Assembly: GCA_032718475.1 (NCBI GenBank)
Contig: JAUCBJ010005988.1
Coordinates: forward strand, 14,567-78,566
Reading direction: 5' to 3'
Length of the DNA stretch: 64,000 nt
Origin: Nemertoderma westbladi
Taxonomy: Eukaryota; Animalia; Xenacoelomorpha
Position numbers and translations under genes: made by a program. Positions 1 through 12,858 of this stretch are shown one piece after another (position 1 is the stretch's first letter; each line of letters begins with the position of its first letter). The notes beneath the pieces are model-generated. The model was not told where the DNA came from and did not search any database. It saw nothing but the letters and a program-made list of their open reading frames with translations.

Positions 1-1574
1 CGCAGTAAAGTTCTCAGTGCCATCTCCCACTGTCACTACTTCTACCCTATCAGATTGGGACTCATCAGCCAGCCAGGAAACCGAACTGAGCATACCTTTA
101 TTGGCCAGTCTGGCAGTGGTACTGTAAGTAAAGTATATGTTTCGCACACATACATACAGTACGTACATAACTTACACTAATAAAATTGAAATTGGGTAAT
201 TGTTGACCACTTTACTTTATGCATTTAGATATAGTTATAATAATACGCCACTCCATAGTACACTACCTACAAACACAGAGTTGTTCGTCATTTTATTATA
301 TTACCGGTACTATACAGAAGCCAGGTTGCTGCGCATGCCGTACGAACAATAGTTGTCATAAGCCATCATCCATGTGCTCTTTATGTTATAAATGGATAAC
401 GACGACAATAGCCGTTTAAAAAGCAGAATGTCAGATCAGGTGGAGGAAGTTTTATTGTGCGTTGCATCGACTGTCATTTATTAATTGTTAGTATTGTTGA
501 TGGATATTCCCAATAGGTTTAGCAATTTAATTAACGCTTCATATATCCATCAAAATGTCAATGTCCTTGACTGTGCTCGTTCCATTAGGGCCACCAAGTG
601 CTGAGTGAAATATTACTCTATCTTAAAAGGCCAAATTCATCCAAAATAAATTATTTAATCGCGTTCCCCTTCTCGTACTCAATTATATCACCATCATCGA
701 TCAAAAAAGTTCAGATTATAGAAAGGGTTCACAACGTGTCTCACACCACATAACAGTCAGTCTGATTGTCGGTTAGTCAGGCAGTCTCTCTAATTCTTGT
801 GCTAGCATCAATTTCACACTGTTGCTATTGCTAATGATATCTTAGAGCTAGGGCAGTGGTAGAAGAAGAACATACTGAATGAAGCACAAGTTAATAAGAA
901 AATGTAAGTTATATTTCTCTATCAAGAGAACAGTAGCAATGAAGACCTAGAAGATCTCTTTCCAGATGTGCAAGTGGGCTTGGTATGGGGGGTTACGGGT
1001 ATAAGGTTACGGGTATAAGGTACTGTATAAGGTTACAATGAGTGAAAGGTTACAACAGCAGAGCAATGGTTACAAAATTACTCTTTCGAAAATGCCAAGT
1101 CAGAGTTTACAAAATACCATGACCGAGGTTATAATTTGCGAGTCAAACTTTACACCATTCAAATACATTGCCAAATACAAATACATCCAATGCATGTTGT
1201 ATAAGATGATGGTTTAATATATAAATTGAAATTGAAAACATCACCCCAAATTAATGGGAGGGCAATGGTTACAAATTACGAGTAAATTATACGAGTAGGC
1301 GCTTTAGCTCTACATGTAACCGAGGGGAGAGGAAATAGGAATGGGTTGGAGTGTAATAGGGGTGGGAGGTTTCGGAAATTTTTATCCCGGATGTGGAACA
1401 TTTTGTAGGCTGGGAGACACGAAATTGCGACAACCATGGAGAATCGGGAAGCCTAGAAGAACTCATTTCCACTCTCCGAGATCGCTCGACCTAGTAATCT
1501 TATTTAGTAATATCATCAGAGAAAAGTGTAAAGGATATACTGTTTGGGCAGTACGGTAATGCGGTAAAGGAAGT

Positions 1575-1760
1575 CGGCAGTCAAGTTTATTTGGGAGGAT
1601 ATAATCAAGCTTGTCGAAAGTCTTCTTGAGGTCTACCGACACTACCGAGATGAGGCAAGCAGAACCGTCATCAAGCTTATGTGGTATTCGTTCAGTAACT
1701 GTTAAATTTGTGTCAGTTCTGCTGGTAATATTATTCCGGAAACCACCATGTTGGGATGAA
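1575..1760 (-). mobile_element. Degraded non-LTR retrotransposon (CR1/L2-like) reverse transcriptase fragment
   Basis: ORF 1463..1768 contains GFRNNITSRTDTNLTVTERIPHKLDDG...VVSVDLKKTFDKLDYIL.NKL, matching the LINE RT pattern GFR..ST..AL......LD.G......DL.KAFD.V.H.IL..KL. Confidence 0.7.
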
Positions 1761-2559
1761 GTAGTCAATAATACGAATTATTTACACGGGGTATAAGATT
1801 ACTGTTAGTGACGTGAATAATTATTCCAGTCCAGAAGTGATACGATACAGTCTAGCCAAAGTGAAGTCATGAAGTCATTGTTATATATATTTTGCGGAAT
1901 TAGGCTCACTGAGCCGGGGAAATGGTGATATTCCTACGTTTGCCTAATCTCACATTATTATTACACGTCAATCATTATATTAATTCATAATTGTCTTGAC
2001 ATTTTTTATGCGAATGTTTTATAGAATCTCCGAACCTACCGCGGTGTGAGTGGCACACAGTTAATAAATTTCTTCACTGATAATCTGTGCTAGTTTATTA
2101 CCCAAAGTGAATGTTTATTTAAACCAAAATCCCCCCAGGTATCTGTCCCAAAACATGCAACAATGTCTGGTATGAGTCGAAATAGAGAGGGGAAGAAGTC
2201 ATTAAACTAAAGTAGTCAAAATTGGTTCCACAAAACATGTACCCAATGACAATGCTAATTGTATACCAATGCATTTTTTATGCGAAAGTGCTGTAGGCCT
2301 AGTTCCAAAGAATACCAACTTTGTTTCAAAAAATGTGAACTTTGTACCAATAGGGTGCGGACATTGTTCCTATCAACTAAATTAATGGCGTGACGAGTCA
2401 CGTAGTAAATAAGAGGACTCTTATGCTGGTCGGTCAATAATTGCAAGAGGTGTTACCGTTGTCCTTGTCGTCATTGACGATGTTGTTGTCGTATCGTCTT
2501 TACGATTTTGACAATTTATCGGGTTTAAAGCTCTCGAGATGAGCACTAGCTATATCTTT

Positions 2560-5500
2560 ATATGGAGACTAATCGGTGTGCAGGTGCAGGTAAACCCCAT
2601 TGGCTTTTGATTATAACCGCCTCAGCTGAAACTCTGAATATAATGTCTAGAACAGAGCTGCGTCTCTGTGAAATTCCACTAGAAATTATACAAAGCCATA
2701 TTTTAGAATAGCATCTTCGAACGAATATGTTTTTACCTTTAGAGTAGGAGTCATTTAAGCGACATAAGCAACACAATTAAATAGTGTAGAACGACTTATT
2801 TTATTAAGAAATAAATGGAATATCTCGCAACCTCAGTAGTAGGAATATCTCGCAACCTCAGTAGTAGGAATATCTCGCAACCTCAGTAGTAGGAATATCT
2901 CGCAACCTCAGTAGTAGGAATATCTAGCAACCTCAGTAGTAGGAATATCTCGCAACCTCAGTAGTAGGAATATCTCGCAACCTCAGTAGTAGGAATATCT
3001 CGCAACCTCAGTAGTAGGCCTATCAAACAATTTCAATCCGGAGTAAAATGATTTTTCACATAAACACCATTAGAAGCTCATAATATCTACTGACATGTAT
3101 ACCCGGAGATCCTAAAATATCCAACATAACAAAAGAACCAACAATTGCCTCGGAGCTGCGGCCAGATCCAACCACGCCGATGATGTAAGGAATGTTGGTT
3201 TCGTTGTAATAATTTGAATATATCTCATTTTCTGATATAACTCCGAGATACTGTATTATAATAGATCTCTTATCATCACCACATATTGTGGATATAGATA
3301 ATGGCTTCGGATCCCAGATATAAAGAGCCCCCCCTCCCCATCCTACATGATATAGGCCTATTGATTTCGTCCTTACTATTCCATTGACCAACATTCCCAC
3401 CTATCTACCGTTCCGTTCCGCTCCCATTGTGGGTAAATAACTCATGTTACCAGCGCATCTCAGCGTCTAATCATTCCTTCACCACCAACATGAATAAAAC
3501 CCTATCAAATATAGTTGGAAATCAACTGTATTTCAAATATTACTGTGTCACATTTCTCATGTCATCACCATAATGTAAAATAGCAATATTTTGACGTGTT
3601 TCCAGTTTCTCGCACCACATGGTTAGCAGTCTATCTTCAGAGAACAGTAACAGATTGAAACCAGCATGAATGAAGTAATGCCCATCCCATAGCCATCATG
3701 ATAATATGACATTATTTGACAGAATATTCATTATACAGCATGTGGATAGTTAGGGTTAATTTTATGTAATGTATATGGTATTAGCTCCTGAACTAATTAT
3801 TAATTATTAGGGAATTACATAAATACATCGGCTTAAATCATTACTTTAATTCAAGAGAAGGCCTCTATATGATCCACAATTAATCTGTATTATCAAAACC
3901 GGATGTCATTTCACTGACTGTAGTTATCATATCGCGATATTATATATGAGTGAGTCGGGATGAGTGTCTGTTAAGTCTAATCCAGTCAATGACCTAATGA
4001 ATTCACCTTTTGTGACCAGATATGGACTACATTTATGGGTTTTGTAGTGACTATGTGTTCCCTTCGTGGTAGTGTATCCCCTACTGATAATTTTGCTGGG
4101 ATTGGGAAATTCTGATCGACAAGTTTGTAGTCTACATAATGCACTCATAATACATAATTTCGTCGACATAATGCACTGATTGTAGAATCACATCATGAGG
4201 ATTCCAAAGGCCTCAATGATATAAAACATTAACGGGTGGGTGACAGAGGCTAATGGCTTAAGGATGTCGACAAAGATGATGGCTCCATGCGGTTCCAGAA
4301 CCAAGGTCTGTATGGGATGTAGGTCCGAAACAAAAGGATGAATGTTTGAATGGGACAAAAGTCTATTGTAAATCCATAGCTCGCGATCAGCCATGTAAAT
4401 CCACAATTCATCTACATTATGAAGAGTAGTGTCTTTCACCAGACGTTTCAGGAATATGAATGGTTGACCATCACATTTCGTCTCGCCAGACGGCTGTCAT
4501 ACAACAAGATCATGCACAGGGTGATATATTCCACAATGCATCCCATTCCTAAACTTCTATTACCATCTAAAGGTTGTAGTTAAACCCCATCTACATATTA
4601 CAATCGCAATACATAGCGGCCACAATAAAGAAGAGGAGAGGACCGCAAGCGTGTCATCTTAAAGGCCACGCAATACAGTTTCAAATGGGTCGGTATCCTC
4701 ATCTGATGCGGAGACAAATGTTGTGGAACCGTAACATAGTTATTTTATTGCAACAATTATCTCATCGCGAGTCATCGGGGATCCCGGTTATGGCCTCAAA
4801 AATATTAAACAAGCAGTGGCGGGAGGCAGAGTCGTGTCGTCCAGGCAACTTATCGTACAAAGATAAACAGTAACTGTACCAATATATTATAGTGTAGGCC
4901 TAATAAATGTTCCAGTTTGTCCATCACCTTCTATACTAGGTATATTCATTATGTCCATAGTTTCGTTAGGCAATGGTTGTTGGTTAATCGAGCTGAAATA
5001 TAAGTATCCCAGATCATTCGGTCCTTCGTCATGGCATGGCATGATAAGTAACTGATGTATGTTGCCTTTGGGCCTTTCAAACTTTGTATTACCAGTGCTT
5101 GGCGATCGATGGAGGCCGGGAGGCCCCCACACACAATATAGACGAAGGTCTGAATAGGGTGAAGGTCCGAATAGGATGAAGGACCGAAATATTCGCGTTT
5201 CATTTGGAACTTCGTCTCATACCTTCGACCCAATAATACCTTCTGTGTCTTTCTTTCGTTTATAGACAATGCCCCACCGGGCACGTTTACCCATTCTAAA
5301 ACCTATTACCAATTTGATCACCACATTTATGACAGACATCCAATAACTATTACACAAGAAATGATAACACAATTTTGGCAATCCATGTCAGTCATAAATA
5401 CATATATTTGTAATACAATTAAACCGTTATTAAGTCGTATAATAATACATACATGCAATGAAAGATCAGTCACCAACACTAGTAGAGACAACGCCCCTAT

Positions 5501-5770
5501 ATATCCTTATTAACCATATATATTCCCGGCTTTATGAAGAATGTGGGTGTATTAAGTAAAAAGTTAACCACAGTTAATAAAGGTATCAGCGAAGTGCGTT
5601 CTGGCCTTGGTGTGCAGTTAATAAACCTACAAAGTATTCGGTGTAAGTTTGATAATATAAATAAATATACCTGCACTATTAATACTCCAATCGGCCAGGA
5701 TGATGAATCAGAATCAAAATCATCTTCTGTCGCATTGGCAGCTGAGGTTACGTTCCAAAGCATAATTAGT
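2560..5770 (-). pseudogene. Frameshifted remnants of a class C GPCR-like / ANF-receptor (Venus-flytrap) extracellular domain
   Basis: Three collinear minus-strand segments resemble successive mGluR/CaSR-family motifs: ~5500-5700 IGVLIV/GLLTAH...LLTVVNFLLNTPTFFIKPG; ~3090-3310 STICGDDK...IIGVVGSGRSSEAIVGSFVMLDILGSPGIHVS; ~2680-2790 FNCVAYV/NDSYSKG/FEDAILKYG/LCI. Frame changes are needed and the similarity was judged by eye. Confidence 0.45.
2817..3018. repeat. 25-bp tandem repeat, ~8 copies (GGAATATCTCGCAACCTCAGTAGTA)
   Basis: Near-perfect copies seen directly. Confidence 0.95.
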
Positions 5771-5848
5771 AGATCATTACTTTGTCAATGACAGTTAAAT
5801 GAAGGAATTATAAGTTAAGAATATATCTTAAGTATCCACAAATTATCA

Positions 5849-6025
5849 TAATATCATTGAAATTATATGCCACTAATCGCAACACTTAAATAATATCATT
5901 GAAATTATATGCCACTAATCGCAACACTTAAATAATATCATTGAAATTATATGCCACTAATCGCAACACTTAAATAATATCATTGAAATTATATGCCACT
6001 AATCACAACACTTAAATAATATTAT
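5849..6025. repeat. 42-bp tandem repeat, ~4 copies
   Basis: TAATATCATTGAAATTATATGCCACTAATCGCAACACTTAAA starting at 5849, 5891, 5933, 5975. Confidence 0.95.
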
Positions 6026-6357
6026 TAAAATTCAACTAAATTATTATCCAAGTATCGATAATAAAACATTTTAAATCGACAACCATCTACGAATTTTAAT
6101 ATCCTATGTAGATAACTTATTATTCATCACAATATTATTAATCTACTACTGTAGAATAATAACGTCACCCTAGTATACTCCATCGTTGGGTCAAAAATCA
6201 ATATTGTAAATATTAGAATATTATCAATTAATGGATAATAACATTTTAGTAGCTCTGGGTGACGAAACCATATGGTGGACTGTGGGCGGATACTCTACCC
6301 TACCCCCTCCCCTATAAAATTTGAGTAATCATGCATTGAAATTTTACAAAAGTTGTT

Positions 6358-9083
6358 ACAACAAAACCCGAATGGAGGCATGGCGACAACAAAACCCGAA
6401 TGGAGGCATGGCGACAACAAAACCCGAATGGAGGCATGGCGACAACAAACCGCGAATGGAGGCATGGCAACAACAAAACCCGAATGGTGGCATGGCGACA
6501 ACAAAACCCGAATGGAGGCATGGCGACAACAAAACCCGAACGGAGGCATGGCGACAACAAAACCCGAATGGAGGCATGGCGACAACAAAACCCGAATGGA
6601 GGCATGGCGACAACAAAACCCGAACGGAGGCATGGCGACAACAAAACCCGAACGGAGGCATGGCGACAACAAAACCCGAATGGAGGCATGGCGACAACAA
6701 AACCCGAACGGAGGCATGGCGACAACAAAACCCGAATGGAGGCATGGTGACAACAAAACCCGAATGGAGGCATGACGACAACAAAACCCGAATGGAGGCA
6801 TGGCGACAACAAAACCCGAATGGAGGCATGGCGACAACAAAACCCGAATGAAGGCATGGCGACAACAAACCTCGAATGGAGGCGTGGCGACAGCAAAACC
6901 CGAATGGAGGCATGGCGACAACAAAACCCGAACGGAGGCATGGCGACAACAAAACCCGAACGGAGGCATGGCGACAACAAAACCCGAATGGTGGCATGGC
7001 GACAACAAAACCCGAATGGAGGCATGGCGACGCCAAACCTCGAATAGAGGCATGGCCCCGCATGGCGACAACAAAACCCGAATGGAGGCATGGCGACAAG
7101 AAAACCCGAATGGAGGCATGGCGACAACAAAACCCGAATGGAGGCATGGCGACAACAAAACCCGAATGGAGGCATGGCGACAACAAAACCCGAATGGAGG
7201 CATGGCGACAACAAACCTCGAATGGAGGCATGGCGACAACAAAACCCGAATGGAGGCATGGCGACGACAAACCTCGAATGGAGGCATGGCGACAACAAAA
7301 CCCGAAAGGAGGCATGGCGACAACAAAACCCGAATGGAGGCATGGCGAAAACAAAACCAGAATGGAGGCATGGCGACAATAAACCTCGAATGGAGGCATG
7401 GCAACATCAAAACCCGAATGGAGGCATGACGACAACAAAACCCGAATGGAGGCATGCCGACAACAAACCTCGAATCGAGGCATGGTGACAACAAAACCCG
7501 AATGGAGGCATGGCGACGCCAAACCTCGAATAGAGGCATGGCCCCGCATGGCGACAACAAAACCCGAATGGAGGCATGGTGACAACAAAACCCGAATGGA
7601 GGCATGGCGACAACAAAACCCGAATGGAGGCATGGCGACAACAAAACCCGAATGGAGGCATGGCGACAACAAAACCCGAATGGAGGCATGGCAACAACAA
7701 AACCCGAATGGTGGCATGGCGACAACAAAACCCGAATGGAGGCATGGCGACAACAAAACCGAATGGAGGCATGGCGACAACAAAACCCGAATGGAGGCAT
7801 GGCGACAACAAACCTCGAATGGAGGCATGGCGACAACAAAACCCGAATGGAGGCATGGCGACGCCAAACCTCGAATAGAGGCATGGCCCCGCATGGCGAC
7901 AACAAAACCCGAATGGAGGCATGGCGACAACAAAACCCGAATGGAGGCATGGCGACAACAAAACCCGAATGGAGGCATGGCGACAGCTAAACCCGAATGG
8001 AGGCATGGCGACAACAAAACCCGAATGGAGGCATGGCGACAGCAAAACCCGAATGGAGGCATGGCGACAACAAAACCCGAATGGAGGCATGGCGACAACA
8101 AAACCCGAATGGAGGCATGGCGACAACAAAACCCGAATGGAGGCATGGCGACAACAAAACCCGAATGGAGGCATGGCGACAACAAACCTCGAATGGAGGC
8201 ATGGCGACAACAAAACCCGAATGGAGGCATGGCGACAACAAAACCCGAATGGTGGCATGGCGACAACAAAACCCGAATGGAGGCATGGCGACAACAAAAC
8301 CCGAATGGAGGCATGGCGACAACAAAACCCGAATGGAGGCATGGCGACAACAAAACCCGAATGGAGGCATGGCGACAACAAAACCCGAATGGAGGCATGG
8401 CGACGACAAACCTCGAATAGAGGCATGGCCCCGCATGACGACAACAAAACCCGAATGGAGGCATGGCGACAACAAAACCCGAATGGAGGCATGGCGACAA
8501 CAAAACCCGAATGGAGGCATGGCGACAACAAAACCCGAATGGAGGCATGGCGACAACAAAACCCGAATGGAGGCATGGCGACGACAAACCTCGAATAGAG
8601 GCATGGCCCCGCATGGCGACAACAAAACCCGAATGGAGGCATGGCGACAACAAAACCCGAATGGAGGCATGGCGACAACAAAACCCGAATGGAGGCATGG
8701 CGACAACAAAACCCGAATGGAGGCATGGCGAAAACAAACCCCGAATGGAGGCATGGCGACAACAAACCTCGAATGGAGGCATGACGACAACAAACCTCGA
8801 ATGGAGGCATGGCGACAACAAAACCCGAATGGAGGCATGGTGACAACAAACCTCGAATAGAGGCATGGCCCCGCATGGCGACAACAAAACCCGAATGGAG
8901 GCATGGCGACAACAAAACCCGAATGGTGGCATGGCGACAACAAAACCCGAATGGTGGCATGGCGACAACAAAACCCGAATGGAGGCATGGCGACAACAAA
9001 ACCCGAATGGAGGCATGGCGACAACAAAACCCGAATGGAGGCATGGCGACAACAAACCCCGAATGGTGGCATGGCGACAACAA
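6358..9083. repeat. 28-bp minisatellite (ACAACAAAACCCGAATGGAGGCATGGCG), ~95 copies
   Basis: Seen directly; a recurrent 38-bp variant (…AAACCTCGAATAGAGGCATGGCCCCGCATG…) at ~7030, 7515, 7860, 8405, 8582, 8846 marks higher-order duplications. Confidence 0.97.
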
Positions 9084-9499
9084 CCAATGATGAATTGAAA
9101 ATACCAAATGCTAACCCGTTAAAGATGACATTCAATGTTTCCATAGTAACAACAAAAAATTACTCTATTTGAAAAAAAACACCAAAATGGTGAAATGGTA
9201 ATCAGACACCCATTTTCAAATGCCTCTCGTATTTATCAAAGTGCCTCATGCGTAGAATGCATCATTACCATAAAAATAATTAAAATGAAATATATAACTA
9301 TATCGTTAATGAAATGTGGTAACAGTGCCCAGTACAATCGCATGACATATTTTGCAAAAATATATGTTTCGGTTCTGAATTGCTATTGACAGGGAAAATA
9401 TACGTTTTTCTGTCGTCTACTTGTGTTATCTGGAATCCCTAAGACAATGGGCACCAAAGGTTTACCTGCACATTAGCTTACACACACAGCCCTGCGCCT

Positions 9500-12439
9500 G
9501 ATGCCTTTACGGCCTAATCCTGCCTTTATGGCCTACTCCGACCTTTACAGCCTACTCCTGCCTTTACGGACTACTCCTGCCTTTACGGCCTACTCCTGTC
9601 TTTACGGCCTACTCCGATCTTTACGGCCTACTCCTGCCTTTACGGCCTACTCCTGTCTTTACGGCCTACTCCGATCTTTACGGCCTACTCCTGCCTTTAC
9701 GGCCTATTCCTGTACTGCCTTTACGGCCTACTCCTGTCTTTACGGCCTACTCCGATCTTTACGGCCTGGGGCCTACTCCTGCCTTTACGGCCTATTCCTG
9801 TACTGCCTTTACGGCCTACTCCTGTCTTTACGGCCTACTCCGATCTTTACGGCCTACTCCTGCCTTTACGGCCTATTCCTGTCCTGCCTTACGGCCTACT
9901 CCTGCCTTTACGGCCAATTCCTGTCCTGCCTTTACGGCCTACTCCGACCTTTACGGCCTACTCCTGCCTTTACGGTCTACTCCGACCTTTACGGCCTACT
10001 CCTGCCTTTACGGCCTACTCCTGCCTTTACATTCTACTCCAGCCTTTAAGTCCTAGTCCTGCCTTTACAGCCTACTCCTGCCTTTACAGCCTACTCATGC
10101 CTTTACGGCCTACTCCGACCTTTACAGCCTACTCCTGCCTTTACAGCCTACTCCTGCCTTTACGGCCTGCCCCTGCCTTTACGGCCCACTCCTGCCTTCA
10201 CGGCCTACTCCTGCCTTTACGGCCTAATCCTGCCTTTACGGCCTACTCCGACCTTTACGGCCTACTCCGACCTTTACGGCCTACTCCTGCCTTTACGGCC
10301 TACTCCTGCCTTTACGGCCTACTCCGACCTTTACGGCCTACTCCCGCCTTTACGGCCTACTCCTGCCTCTACGGACTAATCATGCCTTTACATCCTACTC
10401 CTGCTTTTAAAGCCTAGCCCTGCCTTTACGGCCTACTGCTGCCTTCACGGCCTACTCCTGCCTTTACGGCCTACTCCTGCCTTTACGGCCTACTCCTGCC
10501 TTTACGGCCTACTCCTGCCTTTACGGACTACTCCTGCCTTTACGGCCCACTTCTGCCTTTACTGCTCACTCCTGCCTTTACGGCCTACTCCTGCCTCTAC
10601 TGCGTACTCCTGCCTTTACGGCCTACTCCTGCCTTTACGGCCTACTCCTGCCTCTACTGCCTACTCCTGCCTTTACGAACTACTCCTGCCTTTACATCCT
10701 ACTCCTGCCTTTACTGCCTACTCCTGCCTTTACGGCCTACTCCTGCCTTTAAGGCTTAGCCCTGCCTTTACGGCCTACTCGTGACTTTACGGACTACCCC
10801 TACCTTTAAGGCCTAGTCCTGCCTTTACTGCCCACTCCTGCCTTTACTGCCCACTCCTGCCTTCACGGCCTACTCCTGCCTTTACGGCCTACTCATGCCT
10901 TTACGGCCTACTCCTGCCTTTACGGCCTACTCCTGCCTTTACGAACTACTCCTGCCTTATCCTACTCCTGCCTTTACGGCCTACTCCTGCCTTTACGGCC
11001 TACTCATGCCTTTACGGCCTACTCCGACCTTTACAGCCTACTCCTGCCTTTAAGGCCTACTCCTGCCTTTAAGGTCTAGTCCTGCCTTTACGGCCTACTC
11101 CTGCCTTTAAGGCCTAGTCCTGCCTTTACGGCCTAGTCCTGCCTTTACGGCCTACTCCTGCCTTTACGGCCTACTCCTGCCTTTACGGCCTACTCCTGCC
11201 TTCACGTCCTACTCCTACCTTTACGGACTACTCTTGCCTTTACATCATACTCCTGCCTTTACGGCCTAATACTGCCTTTACGGCCTACTCCTGCTTTTAA
11301 GGCCTAGTCCTGCCTTTACAGCCTACTCCTGCCTTTACGGCCCAGTCCTGCCTTTACGGCCTACTCCTACCTTTACGGCCTGCCTTTACATCCTACGCCT
11401 GCCTTTACGGCCTGCCTTTACATCCTACTCCTTCCTTTACATCATACTCCTGCCTTTACGGCCTACTCCTGCCTTTACGGCCTACTCCTGCCTTTACGGC
11501 CTACTCCTGCCTTTACATCCCATCCTACTCCTGCCTTTACTGACTACTCCTGCCTTTACATGCTACTGCTGCCTTTACGGCCTACTCCTGCCTTTACGGC
11601 CTACTCCTGCCTTTACAGCCTAGTCCTGCCTTTATGGCCTACTCCGACCTTTACAGCCTACTCCTGCCTTTACGGCCTACTCCTGCCTTTAAGGCCTAGT
11701 CCTGCCTTTACGGCCCACTCCTGCCTTTACGGCCTACTCCTGCCTTTCCGGCCTACTCCGACCTTTACGGCCTACTCCTGCCTTTACGGCCCACTCCTGC
11801 CTTTACGGCCCACTCCTGCCTTTACTGCCCACTCCTGCCTTTACTGACTACTCCTGCCTTTACATGCTACTGCTGCCTTTACGCCTACTCCTGCCTTTAC
11901 GGCCTACTCCTGCCTTTACGGCCTACTCCTGCCTTTACGGTCTACTCCTGCCTTTACGACCTACTCCTGCCTTTACGGCCTACTCCTGCCTTTACGGCCC
12001 ACTCCTGCCTTTACGGCCTACTCCTGCCTTTCCGGCCTACTCCGACCTTTACGGCCTACTCCTGCCTTTACGGCCCACTCCTGCCTTTACGGCCTACTCC
12101 TGCCTTTCCGGCCTACTCCGACCTTTACGGCCTACTCCTGCCTTTACGGCCCACTCCTGCCTTTACGGCCCACTCCTGCCTTTACTGCCCACTCCTGCCT
12201 TTACTGACTACTCCTGCCTTTACATGCTACTGCTGCCTTTACGCCTACTCCTGCCTTTACGGCCTACTCCTGCCTTTACAGCCTAGTCCTGCCTTTATGG
12301 CCTACTCTGACCTTTACAGCCTACTCCTGCCTTTACGGTCTACTCCTGCCTTTACGGCCTACTCCTGCCTTTACGGCCCACTCCTGCCTTTACTGCCCAC
12401 TCCTGCCTTTACGGCCTACTCCGACCTTCACGGCCTACG
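9500..12439. repeat. 19-bp C/T-rich minisatellite (TACTCCTGCCTTTACGGCC), ~150 copies
   Basis: Seen directly; internal block duplications such as ~11750-11930 vs ~12110-12290. Confidence 0.97.
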
Positions 12440-12858
12440 GTTTTTTAAAGGATAATTCAACTTTGAAAATAACAAGAGCTTCGGCGAAGATATATATAGT
12501 AACTCAGGCACTCCCGATCCTGACTGAAATAATAGTAATAATGTTCTTAGTGCGATATTTAGCAGTTTGTGATAGCTAAGCGGGGGGAATATAAATTGGG
12601 ACTTGAGAGATAAAAGTGTACCGCAGAGGGTGTTGTTGAGCCCTGCAGCCCATGACTTTAATCATTGTAATAAAAACGCATATGTTACACCCATGTTTGT
12701 TATATAGCTGCATAACTAAGTTATCGATGTACTGCAATCAATAGACGAAGCAGTAATTCGTGAGTTAATTGTAAATAACAAAGAACTTGGAATTGGGCCA
12801 TACTATCAAGGTCGAAATAATCCGAATTATATTAAAGATTATCTATAACATTATAGCC

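Noticed and set aside
6295-9172. Long ORFs (up to 899 aa) on both strands
   Set aside because: By-product of a stop-free 28-bp repeat; the same peptide cycles through all frames
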